DNA of 64,000 nucleotides from Escherichia coli (GTDB lineage Bacteria; Pseudomonadota; Gammaproteobacteria; Enterobacterales; Enterobacteriaceae): NCBI RefSeq assembly GCF_044324785.1, contig NZ_CP172127.1; one strand, 5' to 3'. Shown piece by piece: positions 63,126 to 64,000 of this stretch (position 1 is its first letter; each line of letters starts with the position of its first letter). The notes under the pieces were generated by a model. It saw only the letters and a program-made list of their open reading frames with translations, ran no database searches and was not told where the DNA came from. The position numbers and the translations under genes were made by a program.

Positions 63126-64000
63126 ATGCGTGGAGAATTTTATCAGCAGTTAACCAACGATCTGGAAACCGCACGGGCGGAAGGGTTGTTTAAAGAAGAG
63201 CGCATTATTACGTCTGCGCAGCAAGCAGATATCACTGTGGCTGATGGAAGCCACGTCATTAACTTTTGTGCCAATAACTATCTCGGACTGGCGAATCATC
63301 CGGATCTGATTGCGGCGGCAAAGGCGGGAATGGATTCTCACGGTTTCGGCATGGCTTCGGTGCGTTTTATTTGCGGCACTCAGGACAGCCATAAAGAGCT
63401 TGAACAAAAACTGGCGGCATTCCTGGGGATGGAAGATGCGATTCTCTACTCTTCCTGCTTTGATGCTAACGGTGGCCTGTTCGAAACGCTGTTGGGCGCG
63501 GAAGACGCCATTATCTCCGACGCACTGAACCACGCGTCTATTATTGATGGTGTGCGTCTGTGCAAAGCTAAACGCTATCGTTATGCCAACAACGATATGC
63601 AGGAGCTGGAAGCACGTCTGAAAGAAGCGCGTGAAGCCGGTGCGCGTCATGTGCTGATTGCCACCGATGGTGTGTTCTCGATGGATGGCGTGATTGCCAA
63701 CCTGAAAGGCGTTTGCGATCTGGCAGATAAATATGATGCCCTGGTGATGGTAGACGACTCCCACGCGGTAGGTTTTGTCGGTGAAAACGGTCGTGGTTCC
63801 CATGAATACTGCGATGTGATGGGCCGGGTCGATATTATCACCGGCACGCTCGGTAAAGCGCTGGGCGGGGCTTCTGGTGGTTATACCGCGGCGCGCAAAG
63901 AAGTGGTTGAGTGGCTGCGCCAGCGTTCTCGTCCGTACCTGTTCTCCAACTCGCTGGCACCGGCCATTGTTGCCGCGTCCATCAAAGTGCTGGAGATGGT
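63126..64000 (+). CDS. kbl: 2-amino-3-ketobutyrate CoA ligase, 3'-truncated at window edge
   Basis: translation [55 protein letters not shown]; frame open to end of window. Confidence 0.9.
   Translation, partial: MRGEFYQQLTNDLETARAEGLFKEERIITSAQQADITVADGSHVINFCANNYLGLANHPDLIAAAKAGMDSHGFGMASVRFICGTQDSHKELEQKLAAFLGMEDAILYSSCFDANGGLFETLLGAEDAIISDALNHASIIDGVRLCKAKRYRYANNDMQELEARLKEAREAGARHVLIATDGVFSMDGVIANLKGVCDLADKYDALVMVDDSHAVGFVGENGRGSHEYCDVMGRVDIITGTLGKALGGASGGYTAARKEVVEWLRQRSRPYLFSNSLAPAIVAASIKVLEM

Noticed and set aside
63150-63803. 217-aa minus-strand ORF
   Set aside because: Antisense to kbl, whose plus-strand frame gives the recognisable PLP-dependent ligase.

Overview
This window reads as an Escherichia coli-type chromosomal segment, in reverse orientation to the K-12 map. 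Left to right: the 3' end of an frz-like accessory sugar operon (PTS EIIC, two class II aldolases, ROK kinase, cupin isomerase); yicH, xanP, gltS; an unplaced 288-aa ORF; the gmk-rpoZ-spoT-trmH-recG operon (minus strand); ligB, yicG; a dinD deletion remnant with its LexA box; a ~20.5-kb P4-like integrative element bounded by 25-bp imperfect direct repeats; yicC, rph, pyrE; a compact retron (msr/msd region plus 319-aa RT) between pyrE and slmA, the position described for retron Ec107; slmA, dut, coaBC, yicR, rpmB, rpmG, mutM, coaD, waaA; and the waa LPS core locus with an R3-like outer-core gene set, then htrL and the start of kbl. The P4-like element carries an integrase, AlpA, an alpha-like primase, two inverted iteron clusters, an IS2 copy with 5-bp target duplication, an ImmA-like peptidase plus small membrane protein pair, an SOS-box-fronted block resembling P22-type ejection-protein genes, and two AT-rich cargo ORFs of unknown function. 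Best candidates for undescribed biology are those cargo genes and the retron, which has no adjacent effector ORF. No CRISPR array, rRNA or tRNA gene was recognised by eye. All calls rest on reading the translations and motifs without database searches; true starts were chosen by comparison with remembered K-12 protein N-termini and are approximate.
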